Source: Eubacteriales bacterium
Lineage (GTDB): Bacteria; Bacillota; Clostridia; Oscillospirales; CAG-272
Direction: 5' to 3'
NCBI GenBank assembly: GCA_045577755.1
Contig: JAZNJA010000055.1
Location: forward strand, 974 to 64,973
DNA length: 64,000 bases
Shown here: positions 55,871 to 64,000 of the stretch, one piece after another
How the letters are laid out: every line of letters begins with the position of its first letter
How positions within the stretch are numbered: position 1 is the first letter of the stretch
Notes under the pieces: generated by a model
Seen by the model: only the letters and a program-made list of their open reading frames with translations
What the model was told of the DNA's origin: nothing
The model's database searches: none
Position numbers and translations under genes: made by a program

Positions 55871-55957
55871 CTTCATTCGGTTTGAGACGGCGAGATTACC
55901 GTGAGAAGATCGGACGGCAAAGCAGAGACCGTCGATCCCCTCCCCGCGGCGGACGGC

Positions 55958-56392
55958 TCAGAGCACGCCCTTTTGCAGGATCAAATTGGCGTACAGCGCC
56001 TTTTCACCCGTGGCGATGACGGCATACGCCCTCCCGGCCTCCTCGTAAAAGGCAAAGCGCTCGATCTCCCCGAAGGCCCGATCTCCTCTGCCGTCGTGGC
56101 GGGCGACGATGGCCTTATAGGTATCCCAGATGGGGGTCTCGACGGGATCTCCCGGCATGACCTGCATGAGGGCCACGGGACGGTCCACGTAGGTGTCCAG
56201 AGGGAACAGCTGCAGGATCGCGTCCAGCAGATCGGCAGCACTATGGCCGTCCGCGCGCAGCACGATGGCGTTTTTGCCAACACTCGCGGACGGAAAATTG
56301 GCGTCTGCGATGACGATACGGTCACCGTGTCCCATCTCACACAGGACCTTCAGCATATCGGGGGACAAAATGGGCGGGATATTCTTCAGCAT
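55958..56392 (-). CDS. fucU: L-fucose mutarotase (RbsD/FucU family)
   Basis: 144 aa. MLKNIPPILSPDMLKVLCEMGHGDRIVIADANFP is a near-canonical FucU N-terminus. Located next to a GH95 fucosidase. Confidence 0.9.
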   Translation of the reverse strand: MLKNIPPILSPDMLKVLCEMGHGDRIVIADANFPSASVGKNAIVLRADGHSAADLLDAILQLFPLDTYVDRPVALMQVMPGDPVETPIWDTYKAIVARHDGRGDRAFGEIERFAFYEEAGRAYAVIATGEKALYANLILQKGVL

Positions 56393-56429
56393 AATGACTC
56401 TACCTCATATTTCTATTTGCTTTGGATCC

Positions 56430-58640
56430 TCAAAGTGAAAAACGCAAGGTCACGCGCTCCCCGGCCCCAAGGGCGACGCGGCGCCGTTCCGTGCCGCACA
56501 GCAGGAGAGCCGTATCCATCGCGCGGCGGGCAGAGACGGTCACCGTCACGCCGTCCTCGGTCCAGTCCAGGTCCACGGTCCCCTCAGGAAACACCAGGCT
56601 GCGGACGGATCCCCGAGACAGGCGGGCGGGCAGGGCGGGCAGGATGGACAGGGCGTCCTTCTGGTAGCAGAAGACCATCTCCTGGAGGGCGTTGACGATG
56701 CCGAAATCGGCGTCCAGCTGGACGAAGGCGTCCCCGTTCCATTCCAGGGTGATGCCCATGCGCCGCCAGTCGTTGTGGGTGGTCATCAGAGAGCTCATGA
56801 CCACGCTCTTGGCCATGACGTCCAGGCAGTCGAGGGATCGTTCCCCCTCCCCCATGCGGGCGTAGATGGAGGCCATGTGGGCCAGAGACCAGCCTGACTG
56901 GGAGCCCAGCTTGCGGAGTCTCACCGCCTGCTTGAAGGCCTCAAAGAGGGCGGGCTGGGTGTGGGCGGTGACCTCGGTACCGGGGAAGACGGGGTAGATG
57001 TGGGAGAGGTGGCGGTGGTGGTAGTTGTCTCGGATGTCGGGGTGCATCCACTCCTTCACGGCGCCGTCCTCGTTGAGCATATAGGGCGGGATCTTGCGGA
57101 GCAGAGCGCGGAAGTTCTCCGCCTCGTCGGCGTAAAGTCCTGTGACCGCCATGCCCTCGAGGAGGTTGGTCAAGAGCTCCTTCAGGATGGCGAAGTCCAT
57201 GGTGGCGTTCTGGGTTACCACCCCCGTGTGACCCGCGGGGGTGTTCTCGGGGGAGACGGCGGGGTAGAGGCGGACGTATTCCCCGTCCTCCACGGCGTAG
57301 TCCAGATAGAACAGGGCGGCCTCCCGCATGAAGGGGAGGATCTCCTGCCGCAGGAGGGTCTCATCCTTGGTGTAGAGATAGTACTCCCAGAAGTGGCGGC
57401 AGAGCCAGCCCGCGCAGCTGATCCAGTTGAGGATCACCGAAACGGGCACACAGGGTCCCGAGGCGCCGGGGGTGGTGTAGGCCGAGATCCAGATGCCGCG
57501 GGTACCGAACATCTGCCGCGCGCACTCACGGAGCTTCTCGGTCTTGGCGGTGTAGTAGCGGAGGAGGGGCGGGATGGCATAGGAGAGGCCCCCGGCCATG
57601 GTGTGCCAGTAGGTGATCTCCACGTTCTCGTTGGCCACGTACTGGCTCCAGGCCAGGTGGTGATCCCCGTGCCACAGGCCGTACAGGGGGACGGGATTTC
57701 CCTTCTCCGAGGCCGCCGAGATGAAAAGGTAGCGGCCGAACCGCCACAGGCGTTCCAGAAGAGCGGGGGAGGCTTCCCCATCATAGGCCTCGTCCAGCAG
57801 CTCCTCGTTGGTGGCGTCGAAGGCCTCCTCGGGAGCCAGCTCCAGAGTCACACCGTCGTACAAGGGCTGATGGAGGGCGACATGATCCTTCAAAAGCTCG
57901 TCGTAGGACTTGCCCATAACGGCATCCAGGGCGCAGTCCGAGCCGTGGGAGCCGCAACGGATCAGGATCACGTAGTCCGAGCCGGTCACCGAAAGGACCG
58001 AGCCGTTGGCAGAAGCGGCGTAATCACCTACGAACTCCACACGAACGGACGTATACCCCTCGGCGGAGGCGCGGTACAAGCCGCTTTCGGTGGTCTCGGA
58101 CTCTGCTGTCTCGTTGTAGAGACGGAAATCGTAGGTAGCGGTAAAGGGCGCGTCGGCGGTCATGCGCAGAACCGTTACGTCGGCGGAGCGGGACACGAAG
58201 GCCTCGCGGCGGTAGTGACAGCCGTCTATGGTGAAGTCCACGAAGGCCTCGCCCGTCTGCATATTCACCCCGCGGCGGTACTTTTTGAAGACCGTAGAGG
58301 GTGAGAAGGAGATCTCCAACCGGCCTACGGAATGGGGGCAATCCACGGGGGTGGTGGCTCCCTTCTCCACCAGGGCGTGGGCCAGGTTCTCCTTGTTGGC
58401 GGCGGCGTAATCCCCTCTGTCCAGAGCCTCCCGCATCTCGCGGATGGCGTGGGTCACGTCGGGGATCTCGCGGTCATAGCCTCCCTCCCACAGGTTGAAG
58501 CGGTTGAAGGTGATCTCTTCCCTGCCCACCGAGCCGGGGATGAGGATGCCCGTCAGGCCGTTACCCAGAGGGAGGGCCTCCCGCCACAGCTCCTTGGCCC
58601 AGGAGGCGGGCTTTTTCAGGGTGTAAATGTGTCTGCTCAT
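56430..58640 (-). CDS. GH95-family alpha-L-fucosidase
   Basis: 736 aa. GH95 N-terminal pattern WREALPLGNGLTGILIPGSVGREEITFNRFNLWEGG. No signal peptide. Confidence 0.9.
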   Translation of the reverse strand: MSRHIYTLKKPASWAKELWREALPLGNGLTGILIPGSVGREEITFNRFNLWEGGYDREIPDVTHAIREMREALDRGDYAAANKENLAHALVEKGATTPVDCPHSVGRLEISFSPSTVFKKYRRGVNMQTGEAFVDFTIDGCHYRREAFVSRSADVTVLRMTADAPFTATYDFRLYNETAESETTESGLYRASAEGYTSVRVEFVGDYAASANGSVLSVTGSDYVILIRCGSHGSDCALDAVMGKSYDELLKDHVALHQPLYDGVTLELAPEEAFDATNEELLDEAYDGEASPALLERLWRFGRYLFISAASEKGNPVPLYGLWHGDHHLAWSQYVANENVEITYWHTMAGGLSYAIPPLLRYYTAKTEKLRECARQMFGTRGIWISAYTTPGASGPCVPVSVILNWISCAGWLCRHFWEYYLYTKDETLLRQEILPFMREAALFYLDYAVEDGEYVRLYPAVSPENTPAGHTGVVTQNATMDFAILKELLTNLLEGMAVTGLYADEAENFRALLRKIPPYMLNEDGAVKEWMHPDIRDNYHHRHLSHIYPVFPGTEVTAHTQPALFEAFKQAVRLRKLGSQSGWSLAHMASIYARMGEGERSLDCLDVMAKSVVMSSLMTTHNDWRRMGITLEWNGDAFVQLDADFGIVNALQEMVFCYQKDALSILPALPARLSRGSVRSLVFPEGTVDLDWTEDGVTVTVSARRAMDTALLLCGTERRRVALGAGERVTLRFSL

Positions 58641-58688
58641 ACTGTATCTCCTGTCTGCTGCCGCGCGGCGGCACGGTGATTGTGGGGG

Positions 58689-60935
58689 TTACGGATCCGA
58701 CTCCATCTTGGACATCTCCCTCTGAGCCATGACCAGGCCGTAGTAGATGCCGTGCTTCTCGATCAGCTCGTCGTGGGTGCCCACCTCGGCGATGCGGCCC
58801 TTGTCCAGCACCACCAGTCTGGTGGCGTTGCGGAGGGTGGAAAGGCGGTGGGCGATGGCGATGGTGGTGCGGTTGGCGGAAAGATTGGCCAGGGCGTCCT
58901 GGATCTGCTTTTCGGTCTCGGTGTCCAGGGAGGCGGTGGCCTCGTCCAGGATCAGGATGCGGGGATTGTGGAGCAGGGCGCGGGCAATGGCCACTCTCTG
59001 GCGCTCGCCCCCCGACAGGCTGAAGCCCCGCTCGCCTACCTTGGTATTGTAGCCGTCGGGGAGCCTGGTGATGAACTCGTGGCACCCCGCCAGCTTGGAG
59101 ACGGCAATGATCTCGTCCCGGGAGGCGGAGGGCTTGGCGTAGGCGATGTTCTGGTAGATGGTACCCGAGAACAGGAAGGTCTCCTGGAGCACCACGCCGA
59201 TCTGGGAGCGCAAGGACTCCTGGGAGTAGTCGCGGATGTCGATGCCGTCCACGCAGATACTGCCATCCTCCACGTCGTACATACGCATGATGAGGTTGAT
59301 GAGGGTGGATTTACCCGTACCCGATTTCCCCACAAGGCCGATGAACTCCCCCGACTTGATGTGGATATCCACCTTGTGGAGCACCTCGTTTCCGCTCTCG
59401 TAGCCGAAGGAGACGCGGTTGATGTCGATATCGCCCTTGATGGGGCGGTCCACCGACTGCTCCCGATCCGAAATCTCCACCTGCTCGTCCAGGATCTCGA
59501 AGATCTTGTTGGAGGCGGTGAGGAAGTGCATGGTGTGTCTCGGGATGGCGGCGATGGTGCGCAGGGGGCCGTAGATCATGCCCGCGTAGGAGGAGAACAG
59601 GGACATCTCGCCCAGGGTCATCTCCCCGCCCAGGATCTTGTTGCCCACGTAGTACAGGATGATGAACTCACCGAATCCCACGAAGAACTGCAGAAAGGGC
59701 ATGAGGATGCTCCACATACAGTCGGCCTTTTCGGTGACGCTTCGCTCCTCCGCGGCGGCGGACTCGAATCGCCGGGTCTCCCGACTCTCCATACCGAAGG
59801 CCTTGACCACGCGGATGCCCGAGAAGATGTCGTGAAGCACGGCGTTGGTCTTGGCCGAGCATTGCCATCTGCGGTGGTAGAGCTTGCGCATGGAGCCCCA
59901 AAAGAGGCGGAAGGAGATCACCACGAAGGGGGTGGGAAGCATGACCAGGAGGAAGAGCCGCACGTCGTACACCAGCATGACGATGCCCACGGCGAGGAAC
60001 AGAAGCAGCTGCTCCAGAAGGCTGGGGAGGTAGTTGATGAGGAAGCCCTGGACCTGGGAGGTGTCCCCCGACACGCGGTTCATGAGGTCGCCCGCGGTGC
60101 GCTGGGATATTTTGGCGATGGACAGCTTCTGGATCTTCTCGAAGAGCAGGTTCCGCAGATCCACGATCATACGGTTGCTGGCGTTGATGAGCAGATGGCT
60201 CTTGACCATGGACAGACCGCGGATCAGGAGCTGGACTCCCAACATGGAAAGGATCACCAATACGAAGGAGATCAGCGCGATGCTCTCGGGGGCGGGACTC
60301 TTGATGTAGTCGTCCACCAAGATCTTATTGATGTAGGGCAGAAAGAGATTCAGACCGCTGACCACGAAGAACAGAGCCACCGAGCAGAGCACGAAGCCCT
60401 TGTAGGGCTTGGCCATGTTCCAGAGCCGCTTGACCACCTTCTTCTTGCTGGCGCAGTGGACACAAGTGGTGGAGCCGGGACGGTAGGGGCGGCCGCACTT
60501 GGGACAGCGGTTCGAGCCGTCCCCCTCGCTCTGCTTGAACTGCAGGACCTTGCCGTCCTCCAGAAAGTAGTTCAGCCGCTTCAGGCTCTGGATGATCTGC
60601 CGCGAGGCACTCATATCGCTTCGGCAGAGCAGATGCACGGAATCATCGGCCTTCAGCACGTAGGACACGAAGATACAGCCCACCCCCGAGTCGGTCTTGA
60701 TCTCGGAGATCTCCGAAAGGGGCAGCTCCAGGGTGATCGCCCCGTCGGTCATAAGCCGCAGAGTAGTCCGATCTGCGTAAAGAATGCCGTCGCACAGCCC
60801 CTCGGGGCGGGTTGGGTCAAGATTGAAGGAGAAGGCGCAAAGGGCATTTTCGGGGCAGGCCTCGGGGATGAGAGGCTTCAGCCTTTCATAGAGATCCGCC
60901 GAGGGATCTCCGCCTTGTTTTCTGTCTGTGAACAT
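58689..60935 (-). CDS. ABC exporter half-transporter (TMD-NBD) with approx 165-aa N-terminal extension containing a Cys4 zinc ribbon
   Basis: 748 aa. CPKCGRPYRPGSTTCVHC, then six predicted TM segments. Walker A GKSGTGKST, signature LSGGERQR, Walker B ILILDEATS. Confidence 0.9.
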   Translation of the reverse strand: MFTDRKQGGDPSADLYERLKPLIPEACPENALCAFSFNLDPTRPEGLCDGILYADRTTLRLMTDGAITLELPLSEISEIKTDSGVGCIFVSYVLKADDSVHLLCRSDMSASRQIIQSLKRLNYFLEDGKVLQFKQSEGDGSNRCPKCGRPYRPGSTTCVHCASKKKVVKRLWNMAKPYKGFVLCSVALFFVVSGLNLFLPYINKILVDDYIKSPAPESIALISFVLVILSMLGVQLLIRGLSMVKSHLLINASNRMIVDLRNLLFEKIQKLSIAKISQRTAGDLMNRVSGDTSQVQGFLINYLPSLLEQLLLFLAVGIVMLVYDVRLFLLVMLPTPFVVISFRLFWGSMRKLYHRRWQCSAKTNAVLHDIFSGIRVVKAFGMESRETRRFESAAAEERSVTEKADCMWSILMPFLQFFVGFGEFIILYYVGNKILGGEMTLGEMSLFSSYAGMIYGPLRTIAAIPRHTMHFLTASNKIFEILDEQVEISDREQSVDRPIKGDIDINRVSFGYESGNEVLHKVDIHIKSGEFIGLVGKSGTGKSTLINLIMRMYDVEDGSICVDGIDIRDYSQESLRSQIGVVLQETFLFSGTIYQNIAYAKPSASRDEIIAVSKLAGCHEFITRLPDGYNTKVGERGFSLSGGERQRVAIARALLHNPRILILDEATASLDTETEKQIQDALANLSANRTTIAIAHRLSTLRNATRLVVLDKGRIAEVGTHDELIEKHGIYYGLVMAQREMSKMESDP

Positions 60936-60954
60936 TCGGAAAATGTCCTTTCTA

Positions 60955-61485
60955 TTACAAATATAGCTCGATACGGCGGTAGCTCTTGCGGTCCAGGGCG
61001 GCTACGCTCTCGATGATAAAGCGGTTGCCGTCCACGTCCAGAAGGATCAGGCTGTCCTCGCCCCGCTTGACAATGTTGCGGAAGGTATCCTGCATAGTGA
61101 AGTTCAGGGAGCGGCCGTCGGTCAGGGTCACCTTCCAGTAGGAGAAGCCGTAGCGCTCCTTCAGCCCCTCGATGGAGGCCACGGTGGGGGCGTAGTACTT
61201 GCGCTCCAGCTCAGTCTTCAGGAGCGCGGCGGTCGCCTCGTCAAAGTCGGTGATCTCGTAGATGAGTCCGACCTCCTTGCTGTCCTCTCCCATGACCGAG
61301 ACGTAGCTCCACAGGAGCTCAAAGGGGAAATCCCGGTGGAGGAAGACGCGGTCGTGGGTCTTCTCCCCCTCCTCTCCCGTATAGGTCATGGCCAAAAAGC
61401 CGTTTTTCATGAAGAATTTGGTGTTGGCGGGATCCAGGCGTTGGATCTGCGCCGCCTTTTGCAGGGTGATCTCATTGACTGCCAT
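60955..61485 (-). CDS. DUF1854-domain protein (ABC-exporter-associated)
   Basis: 176 aa, soluble, sandwiched between the two ABC genes. Its sequence pattern (FLHRDFPFE...YEITDFD...RYGFSYWKV) matches my recollection of DUF1854. Confidence 0.8.
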   Translation of the reverse strand: MAVNEITLQKAAQIQRLDPANTKFFMKNGFLAMTYTGEEGEKTHDRVFLHRDFPFELLWSYVSVMGEDSKEVGLIYEITDFDEATAALLKTELERKYYAPTVASIEGLKERYGFSYWKVTLTDGRSLNFTMQDTFRNIVKRGEDSLILLDVDGNRFIIESVAALDRKSYRRIELYL

Positions 61486-61500
61486 GTGGTGTTTCCTTTC

Positions 61501-63801
61501 TCATTCGGTGATGCCCGCGTTCTTCAACGCCTCGGCCTGGAGAGTATACAGCTTTTTGTAGACGCCCTCCTCCTTGTCCAGAAGCTCTCGGTGGGTGCCT
61601 TCCTCCGCCACCTTGCCGTGCTCGATGACGATGAGCTTGTCGGCGTCCCGCAGGGTGGAGAGGCGGTGTGCGATCATGATGGTGGTCTTGCCGCGGGTGA
61701 GGACGCTCAAAGCGTTCTGGATCAGCTTCTCGGTCTCGGTGTCCATGGCCGCGGTGGCCTCGTCCAGGATCAGGATCTTGGGGTCCCGCAGGATGGCACG
61801 GGCGATGGAGATCCGCTGGCGCTCGCCGCCCGACAGATCCTTGTAGCCGAAGCCGATCCTGGTGTTATAGCCGTCGGGGAGGCGGATGATGAAATCGTGG
61901 GCACCCGCACACTTGGCGGCGCGGATGACGTCCTCATAGGTGGCCTCGGGCTTGGCGTAGCGGATGTTGTCCAGGATCGTACCGATGAAGAGGTAGGTCT
62001 CCTGGGAGACGATGGCGATGTTATCGTAGAGGGCGGAGAAGGACAGATCCTTGACGTTGATACCGTCGATCAGCACCTCGCCCTCGTCACAGTCGTAGAG
62101 GCGGATGATGAGGTTGGCGATGGTGCTCTTCCCCGCGCCCGTGTGGCCCACGATGCCCAGAATGCGCCCCTCCTCGATGGAAAAGCTGACGTTGTCGATG
62201 ATCTTGCGGTTCTTGGCGTAGGAGAAATCCACCCCCTTGAACTCCACGGAGCCCTTGATCTCCTCGGGGGTGATGGCATCCTCCCGTTCGGTGATGTCGG
62301 GCTTGGTGTCCAGGATCTCAAAGAGTCTCTGGAGGGCGTTGGAGGCCGAGGCTGTCCAGTCGATCATGCCCGAGAAGAAGCCCATGGGGCTGTAGATCAT
62401 GTTGACGTAGGCGGTGAAGGTCAGAAGCTCACCGTAGGTGAAGTCCCCGTAGCCCCGAATGACCATCCAGCCGCCCACGCCCAGGGCGATGATGTTGCCG
62501 AGATAGAGGATGATCCCCGCGAAGGGGTAGGAGTAGTTGTTGAACAGGGCCAGCTTGCGGTTGCTCATGGCCAGGCGGGAGCTGCTCTTGTGGAAGCGGT
62601 CGATCTCCTCCTCCTCCTTGGAGAAGGCCTTGACCACCCGCACGCCTGACAGGACGTCGGAGAGCAGGGAGTTCATACCTCTCGCGCTGGAGTAGTTGCG
62701 GGCGTGGTACTTGGCGCTGGTGCGGTAGAACTTGCGGAGCACCAGGAAGAAGACGGGGATGGTGATGAGGGACAGGGCCGCCAGCAGAGGGTTCATGGTG
62801 AACAGGATGACGCAGAGCACGGCGACCTGGACGATATTGATGAGGAAGTAGGGGACACCGTCGCAGAAGAAGCCGTAGATCGTGTTGGCATCGTTGTTGA
62901 CCTGGGTCATGAGTCCGCCCGTCTGTCGGCCGTTGAAGAAGCCCAGAGACAGCCGCTCGATGGCCCCGAAGATGGTCATTTTCAGGTCGAAGACCACGCG
63001 GGCCGAGATCTTGGAGGTGATGTAGCCGTTGACGACGTTGGCCAGCTGGGACAAAAGCTTGGTGCCCACCACGATGGTGATGACCAGAAGGATCTGGCCG
63101 TAAAACTTACCCTCGATGTCCAGCACCTCGTCGTAGAAGAAGCCGCTGGAGAAGTAGGGGGCCAGGATACCCGTGGCGGTCAGCAGCACCAGGGAGGCGA
63201 TCATGATGAAGAGGTAGGCCTTATACTTGAACAGGAAGACCGAGAAGCGGTGGAAGAGCTTGCCCTTCTCCATACAGCGGGGGCAGATCCGACGGTTTCG
63301 GTCGGGATACCGCATCCCGCACTTGGGACAGCACAGACGGGCGGGATCGTCGTCGGGATCCACGGTGAAGCCCTGCTCGGCGATCTCTCCTCTCTGGAGC
63401 TTGTTCAGGTACTTGATAAACAAAAGAACGGAATTTTTGCAGAAGTTGGACATGGCGGTAAGGAATACGTACTCCCCGCTCTGGGTCTTGGCGGTGAGTC
63501 TCGCGCCCGACAGAAGCTCCTCCAGGCGGAAGTCCTTCAGCTCGGAGAGGGGGTATTCCCGCCAGTCGGACTCATTCCACACCGGATCCAACCCGCCCTT
63601 GGCGCGGTTCTCGCGGGAGACCAGTCCCACGGTCCCCGACAGGATATAGAGGGCGTCGGCGGTGGCGACCAGGTAGGTGTCGCGGTAGGTATGCCCGCGG
63701 TCCATATCGCAGTAGGCGGTCAGGTACACGGCGTCCCACGCCACCCCCTTGTCCGCCAGGGCTCCGCGTACGTGTACGGGGATCTGATCGATCTCAAACA
63801 T
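61501..63801 (-). CDS. ABC exporter half-transporter (TMD-NBD) with approx 190-aa N-terminal extension containing a Cys4 zinc ribbon
   Basis: 766 aa. CCPKCGMRYPDRNRRICPRC, then the TMD. Walker A GHTGAGKST, signature LSGGERQR, Walker B ILILDEATA. Confidence 0.9.
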   Translation of the reverse strand: MFEIDQIPVHVRGALADKGVAWDAVYLTAYCDMDRGHTYRDTYLVATADALYILSGTVGLVSRENRAKGGLDPVWNESDWREYPLSELKDFRLEELLSGARLTAKTQSGEYVFLTAMSNFCKNSVLLFIKYLNKLQRGEIAEQGFTVDPDDDPARLCCPKCGMRYPDRNRRICPRCMEKGKLFHRFSVFLFKYKAYLFIMIASLVLLTATGILAPYFSSGFFYDEVLDIEGKFYGQILLVITIVVGTKLLSQLANVVNGYITSKISARVVFDLKMTIFGAIERLSLGFFNGRQTGGLMTQVNNDANTIYGFFCDGVPYFLINIVQVAVLCVILFTMNPLLAALSLITIPVFFLVLRKFYRTSAKYHARNYSSARGMNSLLSDVLSGVRVVKAFSKEEEEIDRFHKSSSRLAMSNRKLALFNNYSYPFAGIILYLGNIIALGVGGWMVIRGYGDFTYGELLTFTAYVNMIYSPMGFFSGMIDWTASASNALQRLFEILDTKPDITEREDAITPEEIKGSVEFKGVDFSYAKNRKIIDNVSFSIEEGRILGIVGHTGAGKSTIANLIIRLYDCDEGEVLIDGINVKDLSFSALYDNIAIVSQETYLFIGTILDNIRYAKPEATYEDVIRAAKCAGAHDFIIRLPDGYNTRIGFGYKDLSGGERQRISIARAILRDPKILILDEATAAMDTETEKLIQNALSVLTRGKTTIMIAHRLSTLRDADKLIVIEHGKVAEEGTHRELLDKEEGVYKKLYTLQAEALKNAGITE

Positions 63802-63838
63802 AGGCTTGACAGCTCCTTTTTTGATTGATTCCGATGGT

Positions 63839-64000
63839 TCAGTCCAGTCCCATCATTTTGCGGAGAAGCCGTACCAGCTCCTGCCGCTCCTCCTCGGAGA
63901 GGTTCCTTGTCAGATCATGCTCCAGCTTCTCCCCCACCGCGTAGAGGGTGGGCTTCATGCCGTAGCCCGCCTCGGTAGGCTCGATGAAGCGGGAGTGGGG
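63839..64000 (-). CDS. MarR-family transcriptional regulator, C-terminal fragment (truncated by window edge)
   Basis: The open frame to the window end translates ...PHSRFIEPTEAGYGMKPTLYAVGEKLEHDLTRNLSEEERQELVRLLRKMMGLD*, a typical MarR C-terminus. Not in the ORF track because it is under 60 aa in-window. Confidence 0.7.
   Translation of the reverse strand, partial: PHSRFIEPTEAGYGMKPTLYAVGEKLEHDLTRNLSEEERQELVRLLRKMMGLD

Overview
High-GC, Firmicutes/Clostridia-like chromosomal segment. This is inferred from AGGAGG-type RBSs, TTGACA/TATAAT promoters, lipoprotein signals and the protein families present. The window is densely coding and dominated by glycan utilisation. It holds a redox/C-S-lyase operon (186-5169), a pullulanase-GH53-amylase-ABC importer operon (6226-17368), azlCD, a nagAB/Gfo-Idh-MocA/AraC/glycoside-hydrolase island (27252-43838), GH95-fucU, and a MarR-ABC-DUF1854-ABC exporter operon (55958-64000). 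The stand-out content is two paralogous modules that I cannot match to any described system. Each has a giant signal-peptide-bearing beta-helix/adhesin-like gene (1695 aa at 20290-25377; 3107 aa at 45966-55289). Each giant gene is followed, with gaps of only 5-54 nt, by an HPr-kinase-like P-loop protein and a small acidic peptide. The peptide N-termini resemble lasso-peptide leaders (MKREYSKPTI / MKEKYTKAKM). The larger module also encodes a PqqD/RRE protein and an acidic lipoprotein. No lasso cyclase, leader protease or radical-SAM enzyme is present in the window. Both giant genes have near-consensus promoters followed by long structured leaders (about 485 and 260 nt). Many long ORFs in the six-frame track are codon-aligned antisense shadows and were rejected. 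I recognised no rRNA, tRNA, CRISPR array, transposase or integrase.
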